DNA from: Eledone cirrhosa | Taxonomy: Eukaryota | Direction of reading: 5' to 3' | Length of the DNA: 64,000 bases | NCBI GenBank assembly: GCA_964016885.1 | Contig: OZ024743.1 | Span: 151,094,001 to 151,158,000 of the forward strand | In this document: positions 13,555-24,940 of the stretch, piece by piece | Position numbering within the stretch: the first letter of the stretch is position 1 | How the letters are laid out: every line of letters begins with the position of its first letter | Program-made: the position numbers and the translations under genes | Notes under the pieces: model-generated | Seen by the model: only the letters and a program-made list of their open reading frames with translations | Told to the model about the DNA's origin: nothing | Database searches by the model: none

Positions 13555-15840
13555 ACAACGGATCGCAGGTGGCGGATAGCGATACGACTACCATTTATGA
13601 TGGCTAGTTGCAATATATGCGGGCAACTGCCGGACAAATAAGCATCCCCTAGAGGGTTTGCCTCTTACTAGAGGATTTGCTTCTTGAAGCTGGGGCTGAA
13701 AGATGGGTCTCTGTGGGTGGGGCAAGTTTATGCACCAAACAAGGAGTCCGAATACAGGTCCTTCCTTGAGGAAGTCGCTGTAGCGTTAGATGTAGTTTAG
13801 ACTGAATCATATTTCCTGATGGGAGACTTCAATGCACATGTTGGCACTGACCACCTGACATGGAAAGGTGTGATAGGAAGGAATAGTGACTCCGATCTAA
13901 ATACTAATGGAGACTTCTGTTCTAGCAATGGACTCTCTATTATGAATACCTTATTCCAGCACAGAGACACCCATAAATATAAATGGTATAAGGGGAATCA
14001 GGGACAGAGATCAATAATTGATTTTGTTATTGTCTCTGATCTCTTTGATTTTGAAGCCAAAGGACCCCCCCCCCTCAAAACTGGTAGGTCCAAGGTGACC
14101 TACAGAATAAAGTGGGAAGACTTGGTGGATAAGGAAGTTAGGACCAGGTATGCAGATACATCCAAATTCAGAGAACTCCCTGAACAAACTGAGGACATTG
14201 AGACAGAGTGGAGATTGTTCAGCGCAGCAGTTTCTGCTTCAACTGTTAAATGTTGCGGGCGAAAGAGACTTGGAGTGGCACCGGATGCAGGAGGACTCCT
14301 TGTTTCCAATTAGAGAGCAAAGATATCATCCGAGCAGTGAAGGAGGCTTACAAAGCTTGGGTTGGAAACAAGTCCTCCTTTGCGCACTTGCGGTACAAGC
14401 AGGCACGAATAATCGCAGCAGAGACAGTAAAGGTATCCAACGTTAAGACATGGGAGGACTTTATGGTTAAGCTGGAATCTGACTTCAGATGAGCAAATAA
14501 AGTGTTCTGGCAGACTATCCACCGGCTTCGTAATAGAAGCCCTCTCCCACACCTGTTACCAAGAACATGCCTGGGGTTCTCTCTTCAGAGAGGTGCCTAC
14601 TCGCGAGGTAGAGAGAATACTTTTCAGATCTCTTAAACCCGATCACAACAGTATCTTCGGATAAACACGAGGTGGATCTGGGAGCGGTGACTAATCTCTC
14701 AGAGGCTGAGGTCACAAGAGCAGCTAAAGAGCTCAAATGTGTTAAGGCAGCTGGGGAAGATGAAATCCGGTCCGAGATGTCAAACGCCTTAAATAAAGAA
14801 GGTATTCTCTGGCTGGCTCGTGTGTGCTGAGTGGCCTTGATCGCTGGAAAGGCACCTAAGCAATGGCAGTCCGGAGTGATAATCCCAATTTTCAAAAAGG
14901 GAGACAAGAGAGATTGTTCCAATTATATAGGGATCTCCTTGTTAAGCCTCCCCGGTAAAGTCTATGCTAAGTGTCTGGCAAAGAGATGCAAGGAGATTGT
15001 CGAGTCTAATCTAGCTGATGAACAGTGCGGGTTTCGCGCCAGACGCAGCCCAGCAGACCAAATATTCACACTGGAGCAGGTCTTCGAGATATTGTGGGGG
15101 TATTGCCAAGAGGTATATTCTTGATCCTCGGGACATGCTGTGGAAGGTTTTCCAGGAGTATGGGATCGATGGTCAACTTCTTAGTGCCCTGATGTCTCTA
15201 TACGAAAGCCCGAGTATTTCTGTTCGGATAAATAGTGCTAAATCTAAACAATTCAATGTGTGAGTCTGACTCCGTCAAGGATGTCTACTGTCACCTCTCG
15301 CCAAGGCTAACTTTGCCTTTCATCCTTACGGGTCGATAAAACAAAGTACCAGTAATGTACTGGGTAATTGCTGGCCTTGTGCCAATAGTAGAAACAATTA
15401 TTTACATGAACAGGATTGACATGTGCAGCCGAGTTGGAAGTAGTATCACGACTGGCGGCAGTAAAATCAGTCAGCTGGAATTTGCAGACGACATGATGAT
15501 ACTTAACTCGACACAAGGTGATCTCCAATTTGCACCTGATAGGTTTGATGCCGAGTGTTGCATGGCTGGAATGAAAATTAGTGGAACAAAAACTGAGATA
15601 TTCATCCTCTCAAGGAAGCCTGCACAGTGCACTCTACATGTAAATGGAGTTCCACCGAAGTAGGTAGAGTTCTCGGGGCCGTATTCACGAGTGATGGACA
15701 GCAGGAAGCTGAATTAAGTGCAAGAATGGCAGGAGCTGGTGCGCTAGCTTCAGCATTCAGTAAAGTAGGCGTAAAAGACAAACTCGCTATTTTCAATCTG
15801 ATATTCGTTCCAACACTTACTTATGCTCATGAAGAAGAAT
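13555..15840 (+). mobile_element. Decayed RTE-clade LINE (APE + RT) interrupted by a SINE at about 15298-15400; further fragments of this family at 46890-47590 and 56490-56660
   Basis: APE motifs MGDFNAHVG and SIIDFVIVS. RT motifs IPIFKKGDKRDCSNY.GISLLSLPGKVYAK, EQCGFR, RQGCLLSP and LEFADD. Frameshifts and stops present. Confidence 0.9.
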
Positions 15841-15869
15841 TGTTTAGATGTTTTCTTTTAGTTTAAGAA

Positions 15870-16390
15870 TACAGAGTGCTACAGACCATACGGCAGAACA
15901 ATCTTCCTGTTCCAAAATTGTAAGCCCCTTATCTGGGATGTGGCCTACAGCGATACTTTCTCCAACGAAAACCTGATGAAATTCGCGTCAGATACAGGCT
16001 ACCTTGCCTGACAGACTAAATATCGCCAGCAGGAAAAGTGGTAGCCGCTTATCGAGAGGTTTACCGTCGATCATATAACAGTGGAATCGGCTGCTGTCCC
16101 AGATCTCCGAACCACCTCCCTGCCGACTCTGATTTGTATACAGATAGCCATTCCTAAGAACTAATCCAACGAGGTTGACTGGCTCATTCAGCGAATCTTC
16201 CTTGCCATTTCCCGAGCAACGTATTCGCTATTCTGTCTGTCGGGACTATCGAGCAACTAGAAAATCTGGATGTTGATTTATTTAGTGTAATCGTTGTTGT
16301 TCTACCTAGCTGGTTGTAAAGGTCATTAACAATAGCTGAAGTAGCTACAAAGCAAATGTATTGTTTGTATACATTTCAAAATAAATAAAT
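15870..16390 (+). mobile_element. Old CRE-like RLE 3' fragment
   Basis: RPYGRTIF..KPLIWDVAYSDTFS ... DWLIQRIFLAISR corresponds to the RPDG..LVWD..LFQRxxxAI RLE region. Confidence 0.65.
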
Positions 16391-16751
16391 ATTTTCTTTT
16401 ATTATGTTTTATTGAATGGTTTTAAATTTAACTGTTGCCCGTGAGAGTGATTGATTATTCCAGAGTCGTACCTTACTATCACCCATGACAATAGTGTGAG
16501 CGTGTTGGGTCGCCTAAAAATTATTAGAAGGGAAACTCCAACTATCCTTGCTGTGGCGAGTGATTGAATGTGCATCTTCTCCCACATTTTTCCTCTTTTT
16601 TTTTTTTACATAAATTTGTTTATTTGTATACATTATACTGATATAAAGTTTACACTTATTAAAAAATATATATAATATAATATACAATGCAAGTAAATTT
16701 AAATATTTTACAATCAAGATCGCCACGGAACTATTTTATATAGGAACTAGT

Positions 16752-17192
16752 TTATCCAGCACCGTTTATACTTAAACTGGATGTGATATCTTCTACTGGG
16801 AGCTATATTTATTTAGAAAAAGGTATTGTTATTATTTTAATATTCAATCAATTACTTACTAAAGTTGATAAATGTTCTTATTTCCTTTGTTATACCATGA
16901 ATTGTGTGTTATTTTTAGATACTAGTTGTGTTCTGGCTGAAGGGCATATAATGTTATTGACTAAATACGTCTCCTCATAAACTTTATCGTGGTTGTCCTT
17001 TACAGCATTTCTCTTATTTTGTATGTATATAAATTATAGAATAACTTCTATCATTTACTTAAGTCATTAATAACATGATTTTTTCATACAAGTTAATTTT
17101 TCTTTCTCACTTACGGTGTAGTTGTTATTTTGTAATGCTAGGTCAGACACAACCAATTCTGTTTTCGCCGTGACGACCCGATCGTTTCCCAT
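16752..17192 (-). CDS. Possible small 3-exon orphan gene or pseudogene fragment, join(complement 17115..17192,16896..17012,16752..16802), 81 aa
   Basis: Two short GT..AG introns (102 and 93 nt), both phase 0, give MGNDRVVTAKTELVVSDLALQNNNYT-RNAVKDNHDKVYEETYLVNNIICPSARTQLVSKNNTQFM-LPVEDITSSLSINGAG*. The acceptors are A-rich and weak, and I recognise no homolog. Confidence 0.3.
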
Positions 17193-17899
17193 AACAGCTC
17201 AGGCCTGATATTTCTTTTTATGTGTTCGTTTTTTTTTTAAAAAAAGCTAGTAAGGTTATCTGATTTGGCTGCTATTTCTAGCAGATCGAGGGATCATGAA
17301 TTAGTTTCCTCTTTGGATTGTTTATTTGGCATCTTAAATTCGTACCGGCCACTGAACCAAAGTAACCATCCAAATGAACCGGAAACTTAAGAAGCCAATG
17401 AGGGAATCTGTGCGCTTGCTCAATTTGTGAGAAATAATAGTTAAATGTCTCTCATATTACATCTTACCGTCTAAAAAAAAAACAAGGATACGTAAATGAA
17501 ATTTTAAATACACTATGTCTGAGATAAAGGTGGGATAACCGTATCTGGAATGCCTTTGACCGTAGGTTTGCTCGACCACGGTTGACCTGAGGTTAAATAA
17601 GAAGCTTTATTTTATTGTTGATATTAAGGATTAGCAATATTTCTTTTTTTGTGAAGTTTTTAAATCTGCCAATCCCGACATCCGAAAATGTGTCCATACA
17701 ATGAATATAATACAATTTATATAATTGTTTCTACTTTTGGCACAAGGCCAGCAATTATCAGTGCATTACTGGTACTTTATTTTATCGACCCCATAAGGAT
17801 GAAAGGCAAAGTCAACCTCGGTATATAATGACACCAAAAATTGCTCGCAATTCGTTAAGAAGGTCAAATATGTCAAAACCGTGTATAATGACACAAAAA

Positions 17900-18130
17900 T
17901 ATAAATTCATGAACAAAAATAATAAAGGAAAAAGGGGTGAAATTTACCGCCAAGTGCGACAATCGACAATACCTTACACCTTTGGGGTTAACTGTACACT
18001 TTCAGGCAAGCCAACACGCTCGCAGCATTACCATGGGTGATGGCTGAAATACCCAGGCACCTTCACGGGCATCACCCGATACCTCAGTAAGGCGAGCTGC
18101 CAGTGAATAACTTCGCTGTCAGCGGCCCAA
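17900..18130 (-). mobile_element. Short CRE 3' end fragment
   Basis: The reverse complement matches 24085-24235 (GGGCCGCTGACA..GAAGGTGCCTGG..GGTAATGCTGCGAG). Confidence 0.8.
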
Positions 18131-18841
18131 CTGAATAAGACTATGCAGATATACAGTACTAGAAAAAGGAAGAAAACAAAAAGGTGGAGAGAAGACCCGC
18201 ACACTCACTGGATAATCTCAGGGAATCAACTCACATACGTGAGGTACAACCATATTAATCAGTTGGACATTGGTGTGTAAACATGTCTTGTGTGAAGAAA
18301 TAAAGAATCACGGAATATATTTGGTCGATTTAACGTCCCAGGCAGTTTTTGTTACCAAACTGACAACCGAGTCGCATGTATATTCCTCGAAGTACAATTC
18401 ATTTAATTCATCATATGCCTTTTAAAACTGATTTATAAAAATATATTTCTTTTGTCACTAATCATTCATATTAAATGTATATATGAGCTAGATTTGGACA
18501 ATTATTTTTGTTCATTGTCCCACATGAATTTAACATGCCAAGTCTCAGTTATATCTTCTTATATAAACGAGGTCGTGTATCATGTGTAAGCCAGTAAACA
18601 TTGTAAACCAAAATGGTAAGATTATAGCGAAAGGAAACTGACTCCTTTTTTAACCGCGTCTCTTCAATTTTACGCTATCATTTGAGAAAAGTATTAATAC
18701 CAATCTACCTATTTCTTATACACCCAAGGGGAACAACTTTTCTGAACCTAGCAATCTCGCAGTTACAAAAATAATTCATTAATTGTAAGCAGTACGAGAA
18801 ATAAAATTCTAATTTTATTTTTAATTCATTAATTTACTTAC

Positions 18842-21790
18842 GTTTGCCGCATCGGCATCTTAAACCCATGCAGACGTCAGCTCCCACTCTGAGGGCGATG
18901 GAGACACGAAGTTCGTCCAGGCTGAGTAGGCCACCGACGTTGGCCACGGGTAGGGTATCAACCCAGTCGCCTGAGTATTTGGCGCTGGCAGATATTAAGC
19001 GGCACCTTGCAAACTGATCTGACTGGACGAAGAGGGAGTCGAAGGTGGCCTTCGAACTTATGCTGTCCCAAGTTCTCTAACTTCGACTGTCCTCCACCTT
19101 CTCAGGAAGAGTCAAGCCCAACTTACTCCATTGCTGGAGAGCTTCACCCAACTCCCTGTTGGAACTAGTCCATGTTGGAGAGGAGAGGATGCTGCTACCA
19201 GGGCGGAGCAAGCGTAGGTGGAGGAAAGGAAGCAAGGGAGAGAAAGGGACAAACACTTACGAAAACCAAGACCCCCAAATAGCTTGGGCAACGCAGCCTG
19301 ATCGCGAGACTCTGGAGAGAATCTAACATTGACCAGGCACTCGAGTCTCCCGAAGATTAGGTCGTCGAAGCGTTGGAGGCAGGACGGAAATCTGTGAGAG
19401 GGGCTGACTTTGAGCAGATACAGAAGCTTAGGAATAGATAGATAGTTGCTGAGTATGAAGAAACCTTGATGGGGTTCGATAACCTCAATATTCTTCGGCA
19501 GCTGCTCAAGGCCAACCATCTTCGATTGGAAGATTGACTCGAAGGCAAGGTTTGTGATTGGGGCTCCTAAGGAGCACCAAGCCGACGGGGGAGGGACCGC
19601 GATGGAAGGGAAGGACTCTGCAAACAGGTCGAGTAGCTGTTGCTGTTGAGAAGCCGGGCTGGTTGAGGATCCAGAGCTCACATTTGGAGCTATTGACCTG
19701 GAGACCCCGGCGGCCAAGCTCCTCAACCATCTTGTTGGCAGTGGCGAGAACCATTTCCGGAGTTTCCCCCCAAACAGGCGTGGTCGAGGTACCAGACATT
19801 GAGGTCCAACTCAACCCCCATCTTGGTGACGTCATCAATGCCCAGTGCAAACAGAGTGGGCCCGAGTGGGTCACCCTGTTGGACTCCTGAGGCAGAGGTG
19901 ATGATTTGGTTACCAAAAGAGAGGTAAGAGGGCTCCCGATAAGCCTGCCAAGCAAAGTGATAGAGTTGTGGTACCCTCTCTCTTACTGAGCCAAGGACGA
20001 CGTCGCGGCTGACGGAGTTAAAGGCGTTCCTGAGGTCAAGTTTGAGGATGGCCATGAGGGACGAGGAGGGCAAGTTGGTAAATGCTCTGGTAGCGTGGAC
20101 AGCAGACTCACATACCAACTTGGTACCTACCCCCAGCTGGATGGGGGAGAATTCCTCCGCCAGTGAGTCGGAGACCAACAGCAAACACGCCTTTGCAGTG
20201 AGGCGGCGAAGGGTGCAGCCAACCGCAATGGGGCGCAAGTCTCCGTTGGGCTTGGTGAGACCAAATAGCTTCGCACCGAAGAACAGTGGGCGGATGAACG
20301 GGAGAATGTTCACTGAAGAGACTTGATTCACAAACTGATTCAGACTCTCCAAGAGCTCGAGTCCGGCGTCACCGGCCGATAAGGAGATACCATCCTTGAG
20401 GTGTTGAGGACGAAGGCCGTCAATTCCCGCGCCTGACCCAGCAGGGAAGTATGAAATCGCCTTTCTGATGATATCGGTGGTGTAATCCGGTCTCGAGTAT
20501 TCTGGTGGTTCGGGCCAGTGTAGCTGATCATCTGGGGGTGCCGATGGGTGCTTCTCTTTCAGTCGCTCAAGAGAATCAGAGTTGCACGGAGCAAGAGAGG
20601 ACATAGAAGAGAGGAGACGGACAGCCCCTTTAATGTTAAATTCGCTGAATTTGGCATTGACCGCTCGCTTGAGGTCTATCGGTTGTCTGTTGGTGGACAC
20701 CGAGCTCGATGTCGAACTGAGATGAGACGTGGTTGGGGTGGACTCAAAGAGCTGGAACTGCCGCTTCAGAGAGGACGTGATGGAACCCGAATTCGCATTG
20801 TGCACTTGAAGAGAGATGAGGGGAAACAAAAACAATTTCTGCCAGTCAGACCTATTGTTGGACGAGCAAACGTTTTCAATAAATTAGAGAGGGCACATAC
20901 AAAGCTATTCCGAGCTCCCTTAAGGATCCGGTTAACGAGCTTAGATTTGGAGAAACCCTGTGGCAAAGTAGAGAGTTGGTCATCGAAGCGTGGGGCATCT
21001 CCACGGAATACATCGGAGCTGAAGTGGCACCGATTACAGGTCCAGTATTGAAGCCTTTCGGCTTGAGCTTTGGTGATGCCGACACAGCTTCTGTGGTAGC
21101 TTGCGCCGCATAGGTGACATTTAATTGTCTGTAAGTACCGGCTAGTGCGGGCACAGAGAACGCAATCAGGTGGTGGGCTGACAGCAGCCGGCAGTAGAGG
21201 GCCAGCGTTGGAATTCGATGGAGGGAGTGAGTCAGTAAAGTCAAGCAGCAGTGGTTCTAACGGTGGGACTAGAGCGGAGGTTGGGCGGTGGGCTAACAGT
21301 TGTAGGGGAGGTGGGGTTGTCCGGGTTGAATTCGCTCGGAATCTGCGGTGAAGAGGAGCGTGGTAAGTGGGGACAAGTTAGCTCCTCTCGTGCGTGCCGA
21401 AGTTGGTGGAGAATGAAAGGTCGAAGGCTGACCGGTTGTCACATAGTCGTTCCACCAAGCAGGACTCTTGGTCGTTCGACGCATGCCACCGTCACCTAGA
21501 GTGGACTAAGTTAAAGTGGAGGCAACTTTATCAATCGGCAATCACCGGTGATAGTTCGATCGAAACATCGGGCCACCAACGGGTTGAACGAAGATATAGG
21601 TGGGCTGTGCGCGAGGACGAAGTGAGCAGAAGGAGGGATAGAAAATGGAGAAGGAGGGAGAAGATTATGAGTGCGTGGAGAGGAGTGTGGTCATGTGAGA
21701 GGCAGGTAAATACAGTGGAATAGAAAGAGCAATGAACATGCAAAGACAAATAAAAACGTTAGAAGTACAAAATTTAAGGCTGTGAGTTTG
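18842..21790 (-). mobile_element. CRE-clade non-LTR retrotransposon, 5' two-thirds (5'UTR, PHD finger, RT, thumb), 3'-truncated at CRCGK; inactive
   Basis: ORF 19723-20835 has GIDGLRPQHLKD, LRPIAVGCTLRRL, QLGVG..EAVHA, KLDLRNAFNSVSR, GVQQGDPLGP and WYLDH (catalytic YxDD mutated). Frameshifts link it to the 19112-19726 ORF and to the upstream PHD frame. Confidence 0.92.
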
Positions 21791-22649
21791 TGTAATATTT
21801 CGCATGGGTAAATCCACAGTAAAATCAGAAATTGTGAGTTTGTGTAAATTAAATGGTACCCGGTTCAGTTATATTCAAATATTGTAAGCGCGTCCATTGA
21901 GAATATCGTTGAGATGTATGCGAAAATGTAAACAAATATTTATATCCCAGACAGAAATGTTAATTTCCACTTCTATATACTCTTTTATATAATTATCTGC
22001 TGGTGGATTTTGTATTTCGCTCTATATCTTAACTGAACTTTCTGTGTTATCGCCGTTATGAAATTCAGTTTCTACAATTTCTCATTGAATTATGTTGCTA
22101 AACTGCCAAGCTATTTCATCCGATTACATTCTGGTTTTAAACATTTCTTGACAGTTCTCTATAAACTTTTCTGGCTATCATTTCTTTTGATATGGTGTAT
22201 TTTCAATCCATGTTTCGTTTTTGTATCAGAAGGGCCTCAAAAATTCTGAATACGTTTGCTGGATATTACTTTCTGTTCGGCCGTAAAATTTACATTTAGT
22301 ATTAATTTTCCATATAGTTGTGTTTCAGTTTTTTCATTTACTACTTTTTTTACTTAGTTATGTTCAGTATGGCTTTACCAATAACAAAAAGCTTCTTTAA
22401 GCATTCTTTCACATAGTCATGTTTACATAAAGGTTACAGTCGTAGTAGTTGTTGCTGATGTTTAGCACCAGGTCACCGGTGATTGAGCAGGCTTGTGATC
22501 AAATGCGTTCCAACGATGTCAATCCCGTGTTGTTTGAACATCTAGGACTACGTTATTCAATGCTTTTTAAGATGGAAAGATGAAAATGAGGGGAATCTGG
22601 CTGCTATTACTAGCACGTTCGAACGACTATGTGGAGGCTCTCTCTTTGT

Positions 22650-24555
22650 ACTGGGTTGATGGCCTACCTGTGGCCAACGTCGGTGGCCTACTCAGCCTGG
22701 ACGAACTTCGTGTCTACATCGCCCTCAGAATGGGAGCTGACGTATGCATGGGTTTAAGGTGCCGTTGTGGCAAACTCCTCGACTCCACAGGCCTCCACGG
22801 TCTTTCTGCCGCCTGAATGCCGGCTGCTTCGCACGTCACACGGAGCTAAACCTCATCTTCAAGAGAGCTTTGGCCCTGGCGAACATCCCCCCAGTCTTGG
22901 AACTGTAGCGGTTGTCTCCCTTGTTTTGATTAGGATCTAGACGGGAGGTGGAACCCTTTCTGCAACTTCCGGTCAGAGCCCTATAAAACTAACAACGTTA
23001 AGCTTCCTTCCTCTCTCTTTGCCTTTTCGGCACCAGGTCAAGAGTCTTCTCATTTGGCTCTGCCATTAATTTGGCCAACAGGCGCCTGGCCTTAGCCAGG
23101 CGCCCTCTGCCAGCCGCGTTTGCCTGGCAATCAAAACGGTAACTACTAACTTTGTTTCATTCTAACATCTATCTTTGACATGTCAAGTATTCTATCTACC
23201 GTTAATTAAATATTATATACACAAACATTGTCTCGTTTTGTTACATTCATACAACCAGTAATCTCGCTATATTGGTGACCCCGACGTGATGGATAGATGG
23301 ATGTCCAGTCGTTCTCTGGCCAAGAGCGGTTGGCTACCTTGATATCTATCATTGATTTTTCCAAACATTCTTTTGTCGTAATTTTCATGCCTGTTACAAC
23401 ATTCTCGCCAACTTGCTACATATTTTCATTTCGATTTTTATACACTAAAATTCTGGCGGGAGGTTATGTAGCGGTTGTCTCCCTTGTTTTGATTAGGATC
23501 TAGACGGGAGGTGGAACCCTTTCTGCAACTTCCGGTCAGAGCCCTATAAAACTAACAACGTTAAGCTTCCTTCCTCTCTCTTTGCCTTTTCGGCACCAGG
23601 TCAAGAGTCTTCTCATTTGGCTCTGCCATTAATTTGGCCAACAGGCGCCTGGCCTTAGCCAGGCGCCCTCTGCCAGCCGCGTTTGCCTGGCAATCAAAAC
23701 GGTAACTACTAACTTTGTTTCATTCTAACATCTATCTTTGACATGTCAAGTATTCTATCTACCGTTAATTAAATATTATATACACAAACATTGTCTCGTT
23801 TTGTTACATTCATACAACCAGTAATCTCGCTATAGAACCATCTGGGTTGTCCAGAAGTGATGGCAAAAGACCTGACGGCCTTACCCTGTGTCCCTGGTCG
23901 AGAGGCAGGTGCCTTGTCTGGGCGTCATTGTTCGTGACTCTTTTGCTCTCTCCCACATCCTGGATGCTGCGGTTAGGACGAGAGCCACAGCTTCCGCAGC
24001 CGAGCGGAGTAAGACCCTCAAATACTCTGATCTGTCGGCTAGCTACCTTGTTCAGCCTGTGGCTTTCGAGACGTTTGGGGGGAGTCGGGCCGCTGACAGG
24101 TTCCTCTCTTCACTGGCGGCTCACCTAATAGAGGTAACTGGCGAATCTCGCGAGGGCGCTTGGCTGTTCCAGCGCATTAGCCTCGCCATCACCCGAGGTA
24201 ACGCTGCGAGTGTGCTGGCTTGCCTCAAAAGTCATTAGGGAGGTCGCCCAGTACCCTTCGCTGCTGTCTTTTGCTCTGGTGTTGGCTCGGTTGTTCACCC
24301 CTTCCTTTACATTTTCTTTACTGTTTCAAACGAGGATTTGTTTGTTTGTTTTTTTAGTACTGTTTGGTATTTCTTCTTACGTTTCCACACAGTTTTTTTT
24401 CCTCTCTTCTTTTATTTAAACATTGCCTTTCTCCCTTCCCTTCCCCTAAATCTTTTCCTTACTTTCGTTATTTAATTTTTTTCCCTCTTTTTTTTTCTTT
24501 TTGTTATTGCAAACATTATATAACCGAATTGAAATTTGTCTAATAAATAAAACTT
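22650..24555 (+). mobile_element. CRE-clade element, 3' part (CCHC + RLE, T-rich 3'UTR), split by a TRIM insertion
   Basis: WVDGLPVANVGG..CRCGK..GLHGLS..RHTELN..LEP|..DGKRPDGLTLCPWSRGRCLVW..KYSDL..VQPVAFETFGG..WLFQRISLAITRGNAASVL. Confidence 0.92.
22904..23834 (+). mobile_element. Non-autonomous LTR retroelement (TRIM-like): LTRs 22904-23271 and 23467-23834, 195-bp internal region
   Basis: Two 368-bp direct repeats with no difference seen by eye, termini TGTAGCG..CGCTATA. PBS TGGTGACCCCGACGTGAT (23273-23290) is complementary to the tRNA-Trp 3' end. Purine-rich GGCGGGAGG precedes LTR2. 4-bp TSD GAAC at 22900-22903 and 23835-23838. Confidence 0.95.
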
Positions 24556-24689
24556 ACGTTTGTGCATAAGAAGTTGAATATCAAAAGTGGATTTTGTCGG
24601 GAATCAAATATGAGCCATAATATTGTTACCTGTGTACTAAATGAAGTAGTTTGTAACAAATATTAAATTGGCATCTATATATGTATATG

Positions 24690-24940
24690 TGTGCTGTCAG
24701 AACGAGTATCCCCCCACCTCCAACTATCTTACTCTCAGGCCAACAGACTGGAGAATACATTGTACCGGAGGATGGTGAGGGAGACGCACTGGAACAGCCA
24801 CTCCACCTTGTGGAGCTTGTACATGCAGACAGCCAACTCCAATCCAATAGCCGTGAGCAGGGATGTAGTCTAGGAGCCCAAAACACTGAAGTCTCCACTA
24901 ATGGGATTAAATGGAAGTCTAAGCTAATGGAGCTAACATT
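24690..24940 (-). mobile_element. Old CRE-like RLE 3' fragment
   Basis: VETSVF ... VEWLFQCVSLTILRYNVFS corresponds to the ET-G ... WLFQRxSLAIxRGN end. Confidence 0.65.

Noticed and set aside
17193-17210. In-frame TGA upstream of the 3-exon ORF read as selenocysteine
   Set aside because: No redox motif, no selenoprotein similarity and no SECIS element identified.
19723-20835. Active or domesticated reverse transcriptase
   Set aside because: The catalytic YxDD reads YLDH, and the frame is broken on both sides. The RTE at 31663-32730 likewise has YADN.
22904-23834. Possibility that the TRIM is a hammerhead retrozyme
   Set aside because: Size and layout fit, but I find no CTGANGA core on either strand of the LTR.
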